Of a stretch of DNA of 64,000 bases, positions 51,239 to 64,000 are shown in pieces. The notes beneath the pieces are model-generated. The model was given only the letters and a program-made list of their open reading frames with translations, was not told the DNA's origin and ran no database searches. The DNA is taken from the NCBI RefSeq assembly GCF_018977255.1, contig NW_024704742.1, forward strand, positions 96,970,001 to 97,034,000, given 5' to 3'. The stretch's first letter is position 1. Each line of letters begins with the position of its first letter. A program made the translations under genes and the position numbers. This stretch comes from Callorhinchus milii (lineage: Eukaryota).

Positions 51239-52007
51239 TGTGCAAAATAATATTTCCAGAGCTTAATCAGGACAGCCAAAGAGTCGCCCACACAAGCTTT
51301 CTATAGAGGAGTGAGGCACATGCCATTCGGAGACTGTAGAAATATTTTGATTGCATTTTTTGACGTAAACTGGGAAGGAAAAGGTGTGGGGATAGGAAAC
51401 AAAGTCAGTCGAGTGTTACAATTTACCTAATGTGGGGAAGGAGAGAATGACCTACTAATCATCTACCAACCAATTCCATCTTGGGGCCAACAGAAGGAGA
51501 ACAATCAATTTTGTTTATTGGGTGTATTGGTATGTACAATAATTGCAATGATGGAAAGGATATGAAAAACGTCAATTTATTTTTATACATTAAACTGGGA
51601 CATACTATTAAGTGTCAAAAACAGTTTCTGCTTCTTTGCAAAAGAGAAAAATAATATCTTCAAAGGTCTGGGTTGGTAGTCTCTTTAGGTTTACATTCCT
51701 CTTTAATTATTAACCTCTAAGATGAATGTGTACTGGATGTACAAAGTCTGGGAAACTCATTATTAAAATTGAGTGGTTTCTGGAAATATTATAAAGTTAA
51801 ATACCAAAAGTTAATAGTTTAACAGAATTCACATGATCTTTAGATGAGTGGTTTTCAAGGATTGAAACATTGATTGGCTGTAAATTCAACATTTGCTTGT
51901 CTGTTTCATTTAAATTAGCCAAAACTATGTACAAATTTCAGATACTTGTACAGGCAAATTGTTATTAAGTGACCCAGTTTCTTTCTAACTAACTTAGTTT
52001 GAATGCA

Positions 52008-52128
52008 ATAATAATAATAATAATAATCCTTGCATTTGATATAGCGCTTTTCACGTCTTCTAGACGTCTCAAAGTGCTTCACAGAATATACTGTAAAGTC
52101 AATTAACTGTATATTTGTGGGCGAATGT
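52008..52128 (-). mobile_element. SINE 3' tail
   Basis: (aat)n ccttgcatttgatatagcgcttttcacgtc... Confidence 0.85.
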
Positions 52129-52439
52129 ACCTTTTCTTGTTAATGACAATTTTTCTGGTTACATTCAGTTATTATTTTTAAGAAGTTTACATGATGTGTG
52201 GTTAAAGCTAACGTACAATGACTTTCCATTTGTGTGTTACACTCACTTCCAAGAATCTGAGCTAAATTGAGTTGCAATTTCCTTCCATTGGCTTACAATC
52301 TCTATTTAAACCTATTTTGCATAATAAGCCAGTGATGAATTATATTCAACTATTTTCCCTAATGGAGATAACAAATGGAAGTGAATTAAAGCAACAAGAA
52401 GTTATATTGTGTCTCCAGCACAATTATTTTTTGTTTTAA

Positions 52440-52760
52440 ATAATAATAACAATACAGTTTGCACACAGTAATGTCCCACAGACCCATGGAATGAATGATG
52501 GGTTTCATTTGGAGGAATTGTTGGCCAGGAGAAAGTCCCTCCTGTTTTCGAATAGTGCCATGGAATCTTTAATGTCCACCTGAACACGCAGATGGGACTT
52601 TGGTTTAAAGATGGCACCTCAAATAATGCAACACCCCCTACCACTGCATTGGAGTGGTAGACTCACCTAGACTAGGTGACTCCAAGTCCTGATATGGGGC
52701 TTGAACCCAGAACCTTCTGACTCAAGAGTCAAGAATGCTACTATCACTGTGCCAGGCTGA
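52440..52760 (-). mobile_element. Deu-domain SINE
   Basis: cgaatagtgccatggaatctttaatgtccacctgaac...ggggcttgaacccagaaccttctgactc is the reverse complement of the family. Confidence 0.8.
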
Positions 52761-54955
52761 CACACATATTGAACAAAATACACCCTAGAGGGTGTTTATT
52801 CTTTTTATTTACATGGATATCATGGTTTTGTTTGATCAATAAAGTGTTTTGTTCTGTAAATGAATAGTCCTTGAGTAACAGAATTTGGAAATGTATCAAT
52901 ATGAAAACATCCAACTACAACTTATAGTGCCTTTGAGGAGCTATAATGTCTCAAAGTTCTTCACATAAACACAGTGGAGGTGAAGCTAGGTGGCCAAAGT
53001 TGCACTCAAAGAAGCATTTCATTAAGAAGAGCTTTGAAAATAGAAAGGGAGGTTGTGAAGTGAAAGGATTTGGGGAGAAAGTTACAGAAAGTGGGGGCCA
53101 ATGGGGCAGGTAGAGTTAGCAGAGTTCTGCATTAGCTGGAGCTTGTGGAGGATTCAGCTGGGAAGGCTGGTGAAGAGGCCAGTGGATAAATCAAGCCTTG
53201 AGGTGGCATTCAAATTGAATGAACATGGGAACAATCCAATACAGAGCTACTCTTATAAGGCACCTTTCCTTATGCAAGTTAAAGGTGGGTGCTCTGAAGA
53301 TATGTAATTAGCTTTGGCGCAGAGACCATTTCATTCCCCTTGAGCTTTATTTAGCGATAAAGTTCTCCTTCTGGGTTACCAGATCATCACTGATGTGGCT
53401 TCTTGTCCACTGCATGTGTGCAACACACAAGAACCTGACATTAGTGGCCTGATACCCCAGATGTTGGTCGTTTTGCTGCACTTCATTATAACGTGGGGTG
53501 TGAGGCAGTGTCGTATATAACTATATGTCACACATAATCTAGTGTTCTAATGACAATTCTACATGAGGAAGAAATGGTTGTTCTGAATATATATTTGTAT
53601 ATTGTTTGTAACATTAAAAACAAGTATATTGTGGTTGTTTCATTAATATACATGAGTCATTCTGTGAGTTCTTTAATTGGAAGAGCTACAGTATATCCAC
53701 AAGCTTCAATGCGGAGTACTGTAAACTAACCTGCAGACGTTTAGTATAAAATCTTCACATCTGTTGGAAACTCATTTTCCTAAGATGTGTGTTGCCATGT
53801 AGGGATGTGAACCCAAGTATGTACTTTTGATCGGTATCACATTTTTCCAAGTAAAAGGACTGTCTGGTAAGAAGACAGTCAAGATCATTAGTGCTGTTAG
53901 AGTGGAAGGTTGAAGTCAATAACCATATACCTGTAAAAGACTTCAAAGGTGTGCTAAAGAGTCATGCTTTTTTTCTTCTTGTCGATTTATTTTCCTTTTT
54001 TATCTGCTCTGCTGTCTTTTCCTGGTGTTCAGTTTATTTTAGCGTGTCACTCTCTTGACACTTTACTCAACTGGCATTTATTACTGTGCTTGCCTTGATA
54101 GTGAGTGTCGAAAGACTGTTCCATACTGGCAAACATTGCAGCCAAGCCCTATCTGATCCAACTGTGATATCCACTGGCACGCTTCTCCAGCAGTGGTTGC
54201 TGGACAGTCATCTGTAGCAGGATTTCCTCTCATTTTCCCTTCTCTTACCTGGGGCAATGCGACTTTGTACACCTGCTGCTGCAGTCTTGTCTGAGTTCAA
54301 CTAACTACGTGATTTATCATGGACCTTGGGACCTACCCAGTCTTTATAAGCCATGCTTACATATACAATATATTGGCTGTAATATGGTTGAATCTCAACA
54401 ACGTGTATTTCCAGGTAAACCAGGTAATGAGTTTAAGTGGGCCAGTAAACTCAGAGCATAATTTTTGTTCTCGGTTAATATCCACACATGCAGGAGGCAA
54501 AATAGTACTAGTAGGATAAGGTATCTTGGCTGACTCCTACTGCCTGTCTGTGAATTCACTCTACTAACTTAAAGAAATTCTATATGTTTGAACTCATTAA
54601 AATTTCCATAGGAAAAAAAATCATTGTGGTGCATCTGACTGGTTCCAAAGTTATTTTTTAAAAACAATAAATCCTGCCCTACTTTATTACATGCAGCTGA
54701 ATTGAATTCTTTGATAAATAGCAATGTTTCAATTGTAAGATCTTTTTAAGACTGTGTATTTAACAACTCTAACCTGCAAAAAAAAATATTTTGGTTTGAT
54801 TGGAACAAGCTTGGGCGAGTTGGTATTTCTTCTGCCTTTTAAAACAGAGTAGGAGTGCAGCATGCATGGGTCTACGTGGAATCTGGTAAATTGAAGGACT
54901 AGTAATTAGTTCCGAAAGACACCCACCACAAGTAAGTGTTAGAAAGTGTATTTGT

Positions 54956-55315
54956 GAAGTCCTGTATTATAGTGTTTAGTGCGCTTGCCTCGCAAGTGGG
55001 AGGAGCTGGGTTTGATTCCAGGACAGGGCGAAACTTTAGGCAAGTCTCCTTAATCCACATGTTTACCTAACAGGAAGAATACAGTTGTTAATTGATTGGT
55101 GGATCAGTTTTCTGAGGGTAATAATCCCTTTAAAAAAATGTGGTCACTCGATCCATGACTGTTTGTGGGACACTGCTGTGTGCAATTGGCTGCCACGTTT
55201 CACTGACAAAATACACAGTCACTACACTTTACAGTGTATTCTGTGAAACACTTTTGAGACATCTCAACAACATGTTAAGGCGCTATTATTAAATGGAAGT
55301 AGTATTATTATCATT
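54956..55315 (+). mobile_element. tRNA-Ala-derived SINE, diverged full length
   Basis: gtcctgtattatagtgtttagtgcgcttgcctcgcaagt...ggtttgattcc...tail. Confidence 0.85.
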
Positions 55316-55418
55316 AATTAAGTTTTAATTGAAAAATGAAGCTGGTGAAATTGCTGATATTTTCTTCTCTGATAAACAAGACTGAATAGCAAAATTTTAG
55401 TTTGTGAATTGTCTGCTC

Positions 55419-55464
55419 CGAGCCGGTCTGTGATTGTCAATCGAGCCGGTCTGTGATTGTCAAT
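55419..55464. repeat. Perfect 23-bp tandem duplication
   Basis: cgagccggtctgtgattgtcaat occurs twice. Confidence 0.95.
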
Positions 55465-56984
55465 CGTAGCTTCAACAAAGCAGCACACACCACAACAGGA
55501 GTGTTACTGGGAACAGCTAAAATTTGTAGCCACTTTAAGTGGATTATGGAAGCCATTCTCACATGAATTTTCAACAGGTGTCAATGTCTGGGGAGCAGAT
55601 AGGCACGTTTTTTATTTGAATTGGGTCATTCATAAAATGCTCCACTGCCAATTCCCTCCCCACTATCAGACTGGCTGGGGTTGGCTAATTTGAGCATAAT
55701 TTGCATGGTTTGTGTATGATGCAGAATGGGCAGTTACTTTTTGTGTTTGGGAGGGCACTGTGATTGACTTAACTTGGTTAAAGGGAGGACAGATGAAATC
55801 CTCATTGGAGAGAAATGTCTGTGCATTGTAAAATGAGAAATCTCTCATAAAATAATAGAAAAAGGCCAATGCGGAGGAGCTGAATGATGTGTGATCACAA
55901 TTTCAGTGTGAATATTACGTTTTGGAATTGACTGTATGGAATTTTATAGATATTAGTTTAGTTGTCATGGAAATAGGATACATTTTCCCAGCCCAGTGGA
56001 ATAGTTTCTTGTCTAAATTGCTGAACTTGATAAGAGCACGCTGACAATTTAGATCCAAACAGTAGTTGCTTATTTCCACCTGTGCTATCACATTAGTAGT
56101 TGCCTTTGTCACTGCACCAGCATCTGTGTTGGTTTGACTCCCTGTATTTTGTGGTATTAAAAGAATGTTTCACTGCAGAAGACAATCGGTTGCTAAAAGC
56201 GATGATTTATGGCTCTGTTGAATGTGATGGATTTCTTGGATCTGCTTCATAGGAGCTTCTGTTTATTCTGAGAGCTGGAGATGATCCATTTTTCCAATGA
56301 GTTTTAAATATAAAACAGATTACCCAGAGCGGTCCTGCCTATTGATTTTACCGTTTAGAAGGGGAGAATAAGTGCAGAGCAACCCAGTTATGTAACGGTG
56401 CTATGTATGATTATATATGTGTCTGGTGTGTACTTCGCAATGTATTGCTGGTGTTTCTCTTCTCTCTAAAATAGCCCTTACATTTTTGGTTCACAGATTT
56501 TTTTTAATCTAACTGTAATTGTGTTATGAAGCCTGGAACAATAACATTAGATTAAAATCACACCAATAGTTATTGAAATTATTGTAATTGGGTTAAGCAC
56601 CCTACCTCTGCTTCCTGTTTGCCCAAAAATTGCACCTGTGGTTCAGTCATTTGCAGGAAGATCGACTGATTGAAATAAAACCCAGATTTGAATCAAACCT
56701 AAAATAAACGCATAAAAAGGCTTCAGTCTCTGCCGGTTTTCAAGTGAAACAAATTTAGGTTGTTTCAGATCCATCTCGTCAGCCCAACTGTATAGAACCA
56801 CGTATTGCCCATAAATCAGTATCCTAACGGCTCCAGAGAATGGAACCTTTTACCCACTTCCAGCTCCAGAATTGAGGATTCTCGGGTCTCGTATAGAATG
56901 GAGATGCAGTAATTACAGAATAAACCAACTTCTGTTCTGTCTCAATGCACCTCAACTCCCACCTCAAAGAAACCTTCCTCCTAT

Positions 56985-57206
56985 TGTTCGTCGTTCGGTG
57001 GATTGCTTTCCAGAGGTAATAATCCCTCAAATTTGTTTTAAAAACATTGGTCACTCAATCCACGACTGTTTGCTGTGCGCAATGGGCTGCCGTGTTTCGC
57101 CCACAAAATACACTGTCAATCCACTTTACAATATATTCTGTGAGTCACTTTGAAATGACTCAACGACGTGATATGGTGCTGTATCAAATGCAAGTATTAT
57201 TATTAT
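56985..57206 (+). mobile_element. tRNA-Ala-type SINE, 5'-truncated
   Basis: Body and tail match the 7556 copy. Confidence 0.85.
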
Positions 57207-58367
57207 ACGTTTGTTTATTTAACAACTTAGTCCAGGTTACACATGGCACTGAATTATGAGCAGATTGTTTGATGGTGTTCAGCTCACTTGTCCGATTTGA
57301 AACTGCCCACATTCATTTCACTAATGGTGACAGAGATTAAAGACTGTTATCCCACCAACTCTGCCCCTCCCTCATTTCTTTCAAGGTCTGTCTCAAGACC
57401 TTTCTCTTTCACCGGGCCGTCAGTCATCTTTCCACTCCCCACCCCCTCGGCTCTCTCCCTTAGATCCTAAGGAAGGACTATCGAGCATCTTAGCATGTCC
57501 TCCCAACGTGAAAGGAGCTATATAAATATAAAATTGGGTTGTATTATTTTAGTCTGGATTCTAATCCAGGTCTTACTTTCCTCATGATCACTTCCTCCTG
57601 ATGACTCAACAAAGTTGGGCAGGAAGTAGAGGTCAGGTATTTTCCAAGGGAAAGGGAGAGTCTCTGTCCTGCTGCTTTTACAAGCCTCTTGATAGCTGTT
57701 TTGAGTGATCATTATGAACAGAGACTATAGAGCAGCACAGTTGCATTTGGTGAATAGCTCAGGACAATGTGAAGCAAATAAAATATAATTTAAGAAAAGA
57801 TGATGTGCCTTTGACTGTTTTTGGTAGTGCTCAGCTCAATGTGCTGCCCTGACTTGCTTATAGTCTTAGTGACTGTAATAGATATACCCTGTACTCATTT
57901 TATATTGACTGGATAAATAGAAACAACAACTTAATTTATATATCGCAACTTCCCACAAGACAGCGTCTCAGAGCACTTCACAATGGTATGGTTGGTCGCT
58001 GAGCAAGGGAGAAGGGTGAGGTGACCGTAGGCACGGTCAAAGAGGTAAATCTTCAGGTGGGATTTAAAGATCGATAAAGAGGAGGTGAGGTGGAGGAATT
58101 GAGGTCAGGAGTTCCAGAGTTTAGGGACCATGGTGATTTATATTAATTTAGAAACATGTTATTGGATTATAAACTATGGGCTGCTCATTTAAGGTGTTCA
58201 GTTTTTAACTGTAGGATTTATTTTAGGTTTCATCATGTAAAATAGTTCCTCTTAGATAAGGCTTGTGATTGGCAAGAATCAAATCTAGATTTACAAACAT
58301 TTGCACATAAGGAAATTCATGATACAAATTCTTATTATAACAGTTCTTTACCTTTTCGGGTTGTGTA

Positions 58368-58796
58368 TCAGCTTGGCTCAGCGGTAGAACTCTTGCCTCT
58401 GTGTCGAAAGGTTGTGAGTTTGAATTTCACATTGGGACTTGAACTCACATAGTCTAAGTCGACACTCCAATTCAACACTGGGGGTGTATTGCATTGTTGG
58501 AGGTACTCTCCTTTGGATGAGACGTTAAAGGTCCTGTCTATCTATTCAGGTAGACGTTAAATATCCCATGGCACTATTCGAAAAGAAGGGAGTTTCTCCT
58601 GGGGTCTTAGCCAACAATCCCCCAAATAAAATTGTTCATTCATTGTTAACTGTTTGTGGGACATTGCTTTGTGCAATTGAGCATTTGCCTACAAATGCAC
58701 AGTTACTCCATTTCACATTAATTCCTGTGAAGTGCTTTATAGTTTCTCGACGACGTGATAAGGCTACACCAAATGCAAGGATTATTATCATTATTA
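58368..58796 (+). mobile_element. Deu-domain SINE, near full length
   Basis: tggctcagcggtagaactcttgcctctg...ggatgagacgttaaa...cccatggcactattcgaa...caaatgcaaggattattat. Confidence 0.85.
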
Positions 58797-59298
58797 TACT
58801 ACTCCCAGCCACTCTATATATGTACAGGGCGGAAATCCGATAGGAAATTGGGTGTTTGGTTTGTTCCATTCCTATTGGGTAGTAAGGAAAAGAAGAGTTT
58901 TTAAGGAGGATTATTAACGTAATATATTCGCAGGACTTTTCTTCTATAGGATTTAACTTTAATTTTGAGATGAGAGTGTTCAAGAGTGGAAACAGAATTT
59001 CTTTTTGGTTAGCTGGATATCTGACGTATGTCCCATCAAGTATGGGAAATCCATCACCATGCTTGAGAATATTAGAATAAGCCTTGCATTTGATATATCG
59101 CCTTATCACGGCATCGAGATGTCTCAAAGCACTTCATAGGAATTAATGTGAAATGGAATGACTGTGTATTTGTAGGCAAATGTACAATATAATGCAGGAT
59201 TTTACTCTAAAGTGTAGTAACTATTTTTCCAGGTGAACACAGCTGTCAATTTATCCACATACAGTCATAAAGCAAGTGAAAAATATTATTTGAACCTA

Positions 59299-59795
59299 GA
59301 CCACATCACTCCCACCCTCGCTCGCCTCCACTGGCTCCCCAGCCCCCAGAGGATCGAATTCAAGATCCTCATCCTCACCTACAAGGCCATTCACGGCCTT
59401 GCACCCTCCTACCTCTCCGAACTATTATCCCCCTACTTACCTGCTCATACCCTCCGTTCCTCTGGCTCTGGTCTGTTCCACATCCACCACCCCTACCGCC
59501 CTACCATCGGTGGGCGGGCCTTCAGCCTCTCAGCCCCGAGGCTCTGGAACTCTATCCCCCAGTGCCTTCGCATTGCCTCCTCCCTTTCCTCCTTCAAGGC
59601 CGGTCTCAAGACCTTTCTCTTTGACCGTGCCTTCAGCTCCCCTCTCGACTCTCTACCCCCTCCTCGCTCCCTCCCTTCCCTCCCCTCACCCTGACCATTT
59701 CCCCCAATGCTCGGGTCCTGACCCAACTGTACAGCGCCTTGGGACATCCTCCCGACGTGAAAGGCTCTCTATAAATGAAATCTTGTTGTTGTTGT
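59299..59795 (+). mobile_element. L2-clade LINE 3' fragment, well preserved
   Basis: DHITPTLARLHWLPSPQRIEFKILILTYKAIHGLAPSYL...FKAGLKTFLF; (ttg)n tail. Confidence 0.95.
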
Positions 59796-60744
59796 AGACT
59801 ATCATTCACTATGTGCATGCCTTTTACCCATGTGTCTTTCTGCATGTGTTAGACTGATTCAGAATAAAAACCCAGAAAGGTGTCCAGCACATTCTTCCCT
59901 CTGTGGAATTGTAGTGAGTAATTTCTGCAGGGTGCAGGTGTGCTGAAAGTTGGGTCAACCGCTAAAATTAAAACTGTGAAATTGTGGTTAAAATAGTGTA
60001 AGACCCAGTTCGTTGCTGCCCTGATGTTCTATTTTGGGCTTGTATGCAGATGTTTGTTGTGTTAATGTAGTATAGAATATTTTTGTATACATTACTGACG
60101 GTGCAATTATGTTTTCATTTTATATGTGAATGTCCTCCACAACAACTGTCCACATTTGGTGAGTCTAGTTTGGGGGATTCAAAGTAGTTGGGCATTGTTG
60201 GTTTGTGAAGTAGCCAGTCAGAAAATATATTTGCTGGTCTTTTTGACCTGTTCAGCAGAATGTCTGACAAATGTAGTAACCCTGTATCTGGAATGAAATA
60301 AGCACTCTATCCCTGGAGGGATACACCCTGGTTACCTTATTCCACAATATGTTTGGCACAGGTTGCCAAGAGCCAAGGTTTGGGGACCCCAGCAATTGTG
60401 TTTGGGGTACGACTGGAGTTTAACCAGCTAACTCCACATCCCTTACCATTGTGAGCATTATCTGACAAGCTATAAATATTTGGAACCCTCAATAGTTTTG
60501 TTTTGATGCTCCTAAGCAGAGTTCCTATATATATATAAACATATATATGCCTGATTTAAACAGGTCTGCCAGAGCTAAAATTCTCTTGGAGAGAAGAAAA
60601 TTAATGAGAGAAAAAAAACCTTGATGTCATTGTCACAGAATAATATACTGCTATCAGCCAAGTTACATTTTTTCCACATAATTCCAGTATTAGCGGTTTA
60701 AAAATAAATTTTGGCAAGATATTGATGAATATTGGAATGCTCTC

Positions 60745-61085
60745 CGTGTCAGGATTTTGAGCTCATTGTGAAGCCTAATACTCAAATGCTCTGTATTGTT
60801 GGCAATCCTTCAGGTGAGCTTTTAAACCAAGGTCCTGTTTGCCTGTTCAGGTGGACCTTAAAGATCTGTAGCACTATTTGAAAAGGGAAGGGAGTTTCTC
60901 CCAATGTCCTGGCAAACAATCTTCCAGATAAAATTAGTCACTCACTTCATGGCTTTTGTAGGACATTTGCTGTGTGCACAATTGTGTTTGCCTACAAATA
61001 CAGTCACTGTGCTTTGCAATAAAGCCTGGGAAGTGTTTAGCGACATTTCAATAAGGTGCTGTTAGTGAATGTACAGATTGCTATT
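60745..61085 (+). mobile_element. Deu-domain SINE, degraded
   Basis: taaaccaaggtcctgtttgcctgttcaggtggaccttaaagatctgtagcactatttgaa. Confidence 0.75.
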
Positions 61086-63399
61086 CTTCTAGCTATAAAA
61101 AGTGCATTGTTAATGTTGTATTCCAATCATGATTCTTATTGTTGGTGCTTCAAGGATTTCAGTAATCTATGATACAGTACACTGCAGTTCCCATGTCCCA
61201 TCAACATGTTTGATGCTATTGTTCTATTAGGATGTGCCCCCCCACCAAAAAAAAGTCTAGGAATGTATAGCTTTTCCCAAACTATAGCATGAATCTCAAA
61301 ATAAGTGTGCTTTTAATCAAAATCTCCCCATCCACCGCCCCCATGCTGTTTCCTAATTTATGTTTACTTCTCCATTGTGGGTGGAGGACTCGTCTTATCA
61401 TACTTTAGCTTTTTCTTCTTCCCTTCCCGCCCTCACTCAAAGCTGTTGAGAAGTAACCCATTTTGGAACACGTTAAACATAGTGAAAATAGTGAACGGGT
61501 TTAAATACCAGTTGTCTGTAGGGTCCAAACTCTTGATTGTCCATCGTATTAGAAGATACGGTTAGAACTTGATTCCTGGTTTCCTGCCCTACAACCTAAT
61601 AATATTGTTCACTTGCTTTATGACGGTAGATGTAGATGATTTGACAGTTTTTAAGATACATGTTTTCTCATTTTGTAAATCAGATAAAATTTGAATATGA
61701 TTTTAATATAGCGTGGGGTGCACCTTTGCATATTTCAGTGTATCAAATATCATTTAGCTTCCTCTATTCCACTTACATTGTTTTGAAATCATAGCAGCAC
61801 ATATGCTTTCATTCTTTAGTTGGAACTTTTTTTAAACAAAAGGTAGCTGTACAGATTGCTGGGCACAAGAGCCCAAATAGTCTGTTGAAAAATATAAAAA
61901 TTGATAATTTTTCCTAAAATGTTTTAATAATTATTAAATAGTTAATTATTTAATATTAATAAATAATAATATTAAATAATCAAATAGATACTAAATACTA
62001 TGAAGTCATTAAATAATCAAATAGATATATATATAAAATATTATACATTGCAAAAAATTATAATTACATAAATGTTAAACCATTCAATTTTTATGAGAAT
62101 TAAAAAATATATCATTATAACAATTGGAGATGCTGAAACTTGAGGCCGGATACTTTCACAGAGAGAGAGGCAAAAAGGAAAGTGTGTTGCTTTGAGCTTG
62201 TCGACTTTGTAGCTGGTTACAAAATAGTATTTGTGAAGATTGGGAGCATGCATTGTCTCTTGTCCTTTTATCCCTAAATGTGCTGTGCGTGGAGAATTAG
62301 GAGAGAAGGGGAGGGAAAATGTGTCAGATGTGAAAGTCTTTGTTTTGGGTGGTGTTCGTAATGTGAGTTACTAGTTGGGGTTTGGGGTAATGCTGATATT
62401 TAAAATTTACCATTTGATATAAATTTTGTGGGGGAAGAGGGAGCAATTCCATTGTATTAGATCGGTTACTGATTCCCTGATGATGATCCAATATGTAAAG
62501 ACACTCACTGTTGGGTCAATACAGTTTCAGACCATGCAAGTTGAAGGATCAAATCCTGGTCTGTGCTGATGTCCTGCAGAGAGGTGGGGAGAGCAATAAC
62601 TGGTCTCGTGCCCATGGACGAGGGAAAGGAGAATCTGCCAGATTTCCTGCTTCTGATCACTCGGTGCTGAGCCCTATTGGAGAGGACACGTTGGACACTG
62701 AGACATTCGGCTTGGCTGTGATGTTGCACAAGGTCAAAAAGCTTGTACAGATTTCAGTGTCAAAGCAAGGCTGGAACAGTGGCCACCAATGGTTAAGTGT
62801 GAATATATACAATTATATTCTGTTACATTAGAGCTCCTTTGTGCGGGGAAAGATGTATCTAATCTTAAATTGGACAGTAACTGGAGGAAAATAAAGTTTC
62901 AAAAGAACACAAGTTCTTTTAAGCTTCATGAATCACTGCATTCCAACACAATTATTAAGATGTATTAAATTGCAGGAGGAAATTGAGTTTTACTCTTCAA
63001 TTTAGAATAAATTAGAGAGCTTTAATAAATAAATATGTCGGAGACTAGAGAAGCCCAGAAAAGTTCCAGAAAAAAGACCAGAAAAGTTATATAATTGTGT
63101 ATTGTGTAGTTGTAAATTGGGTAGTTAGGTTTTTTTTTAGAATTTTGTTAGTGGTTACTTTGGTGTGGTTAACATCCAATGGTATTTTCTATGTATTCAA
63201 TTTCTGCCTTTCATGTTTGGAACAATGTTTCTGGTAATTTATCCACATATTGTATATACTCTGAGATTGCAGTTCAGTGTTGCACTTCTCTTTCATACCC
63301 TTATTTCACAAAGTTACTTAATTCAGTTTTTAATTTGGCAGTACTGTGAGCATCCATCAGCACCCTACGTATTGTTCATTCAACACACTACATTCAACA

Positions 63400-63670
63400 C
63401 TTTACATATAAAGTAGTTGACTCTAAACTATCTGTTCACCTCCAATACCTTTAGGATCTAAAATACTTAAAAATAAAATTTCCCCTGACCTTTCTGTTCT
63501 TCAATGTGGATATTCTCAGCTTCCCTACACTCTCTTTGTAAGTCAGTCACTATTTCCAGTAGCTCTTCCTGTTCCATCTCCGGTTCCAAGTTGTCCTTGG
63601 TGTCATTTGGCAGCCAGAATTGGGCATCTTCCTCCCAGTGGGACTGGTCCAGTGTCCTGTACAAACTTAA
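63400..63670 (-). mobile_element. CR1-clade LINE fragment, strongly decayed
   Basis: Minus-strand ORF YRTLDQSHWEEDAQFWLP..KD..E resembles the CR1 motif LYxxLVRPHLEYCVQFWSP. Confidence 0.65.
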
Positions 63671-64000
63671 TGTTTGTAGAAATTGTGATTTAACAACATC
63701 AAGGATTGGTCTGGGGAAAGATTTTGACCTGTGGACCTTGAGCCCACAGCACGTGAGGCCTAAAGGAATTCATCTGAATTGTGCAGCTGCAGCGCTCAGT
63801 CCTCCTCGATGGGTATATTAATGAAAAAGTCCAAAAGGGAAGTGCCATCAAATGCAAAGGATTTTTTCCTTTTTCAGGCAGTGCACATCTATGTTGCAGT
63901 ACGTTGTGCCAGATCCCTTTTATAAACTTCTGTAAAATGTGTATTTGATGATTTACCCCATTCTCGCCAACACCTCGGGAGAGCTGACTGTTTAGTCTAG

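Noticed and set aside
48827..64000. GNA14 exon 2 (GTGESGKSTFIKQMRIIHG)
   Set aside because: Not found by eye or in the ORF track; presumably beyond the window. GNAQ exons 1-2 were likewise not seen in 1-10272.

Overview
This is vertebrate genomic DNA, most likely from a cartilaginous fish (shark or chimaera); the taxon is inferred from the repeat families. The window holds the 3' part of GNAQ on the + strand: exons 3-7 at 10273-31832 and a ~3.6 kb transposon-free 3'UTR ending near 35410. About 13 kb further on, in the same orientation, lie the CpG-rich promoter and coding exon 1 of GNA14 (48706-48826), the known GNAQ-GNA14 tandem pair. The rest is intron and intergenic DNA full of L2 and CR1 LINE fragments, a tRNA-Ala-headed SINE, a Deu-domain (SacSINE1/AmnSINE1-like) SINE and older unnamed repeats. 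Top observation: a decayed duplicate of GNAQ exon 4 at 11970-12088, missed by the ORF track, keeps its AG/GT sites but carries a 10-nt deletion and stop codons. It is a relic mutually exclusive exon or a possible poison exon. A Penelope-like tail with a minimal hammerhead-ribozyme motif abuts its acceptor. Other observations include a 95-bp inverted duplication in intron 2, a GNA14 splice donor made of five GTGA repeats with a complementary tract downstream, and two L2 copies sharing a frameshift. Repeat boundaries were read by eye and are approximate. Comparisons to human proteins and repeat consensi are from memory.
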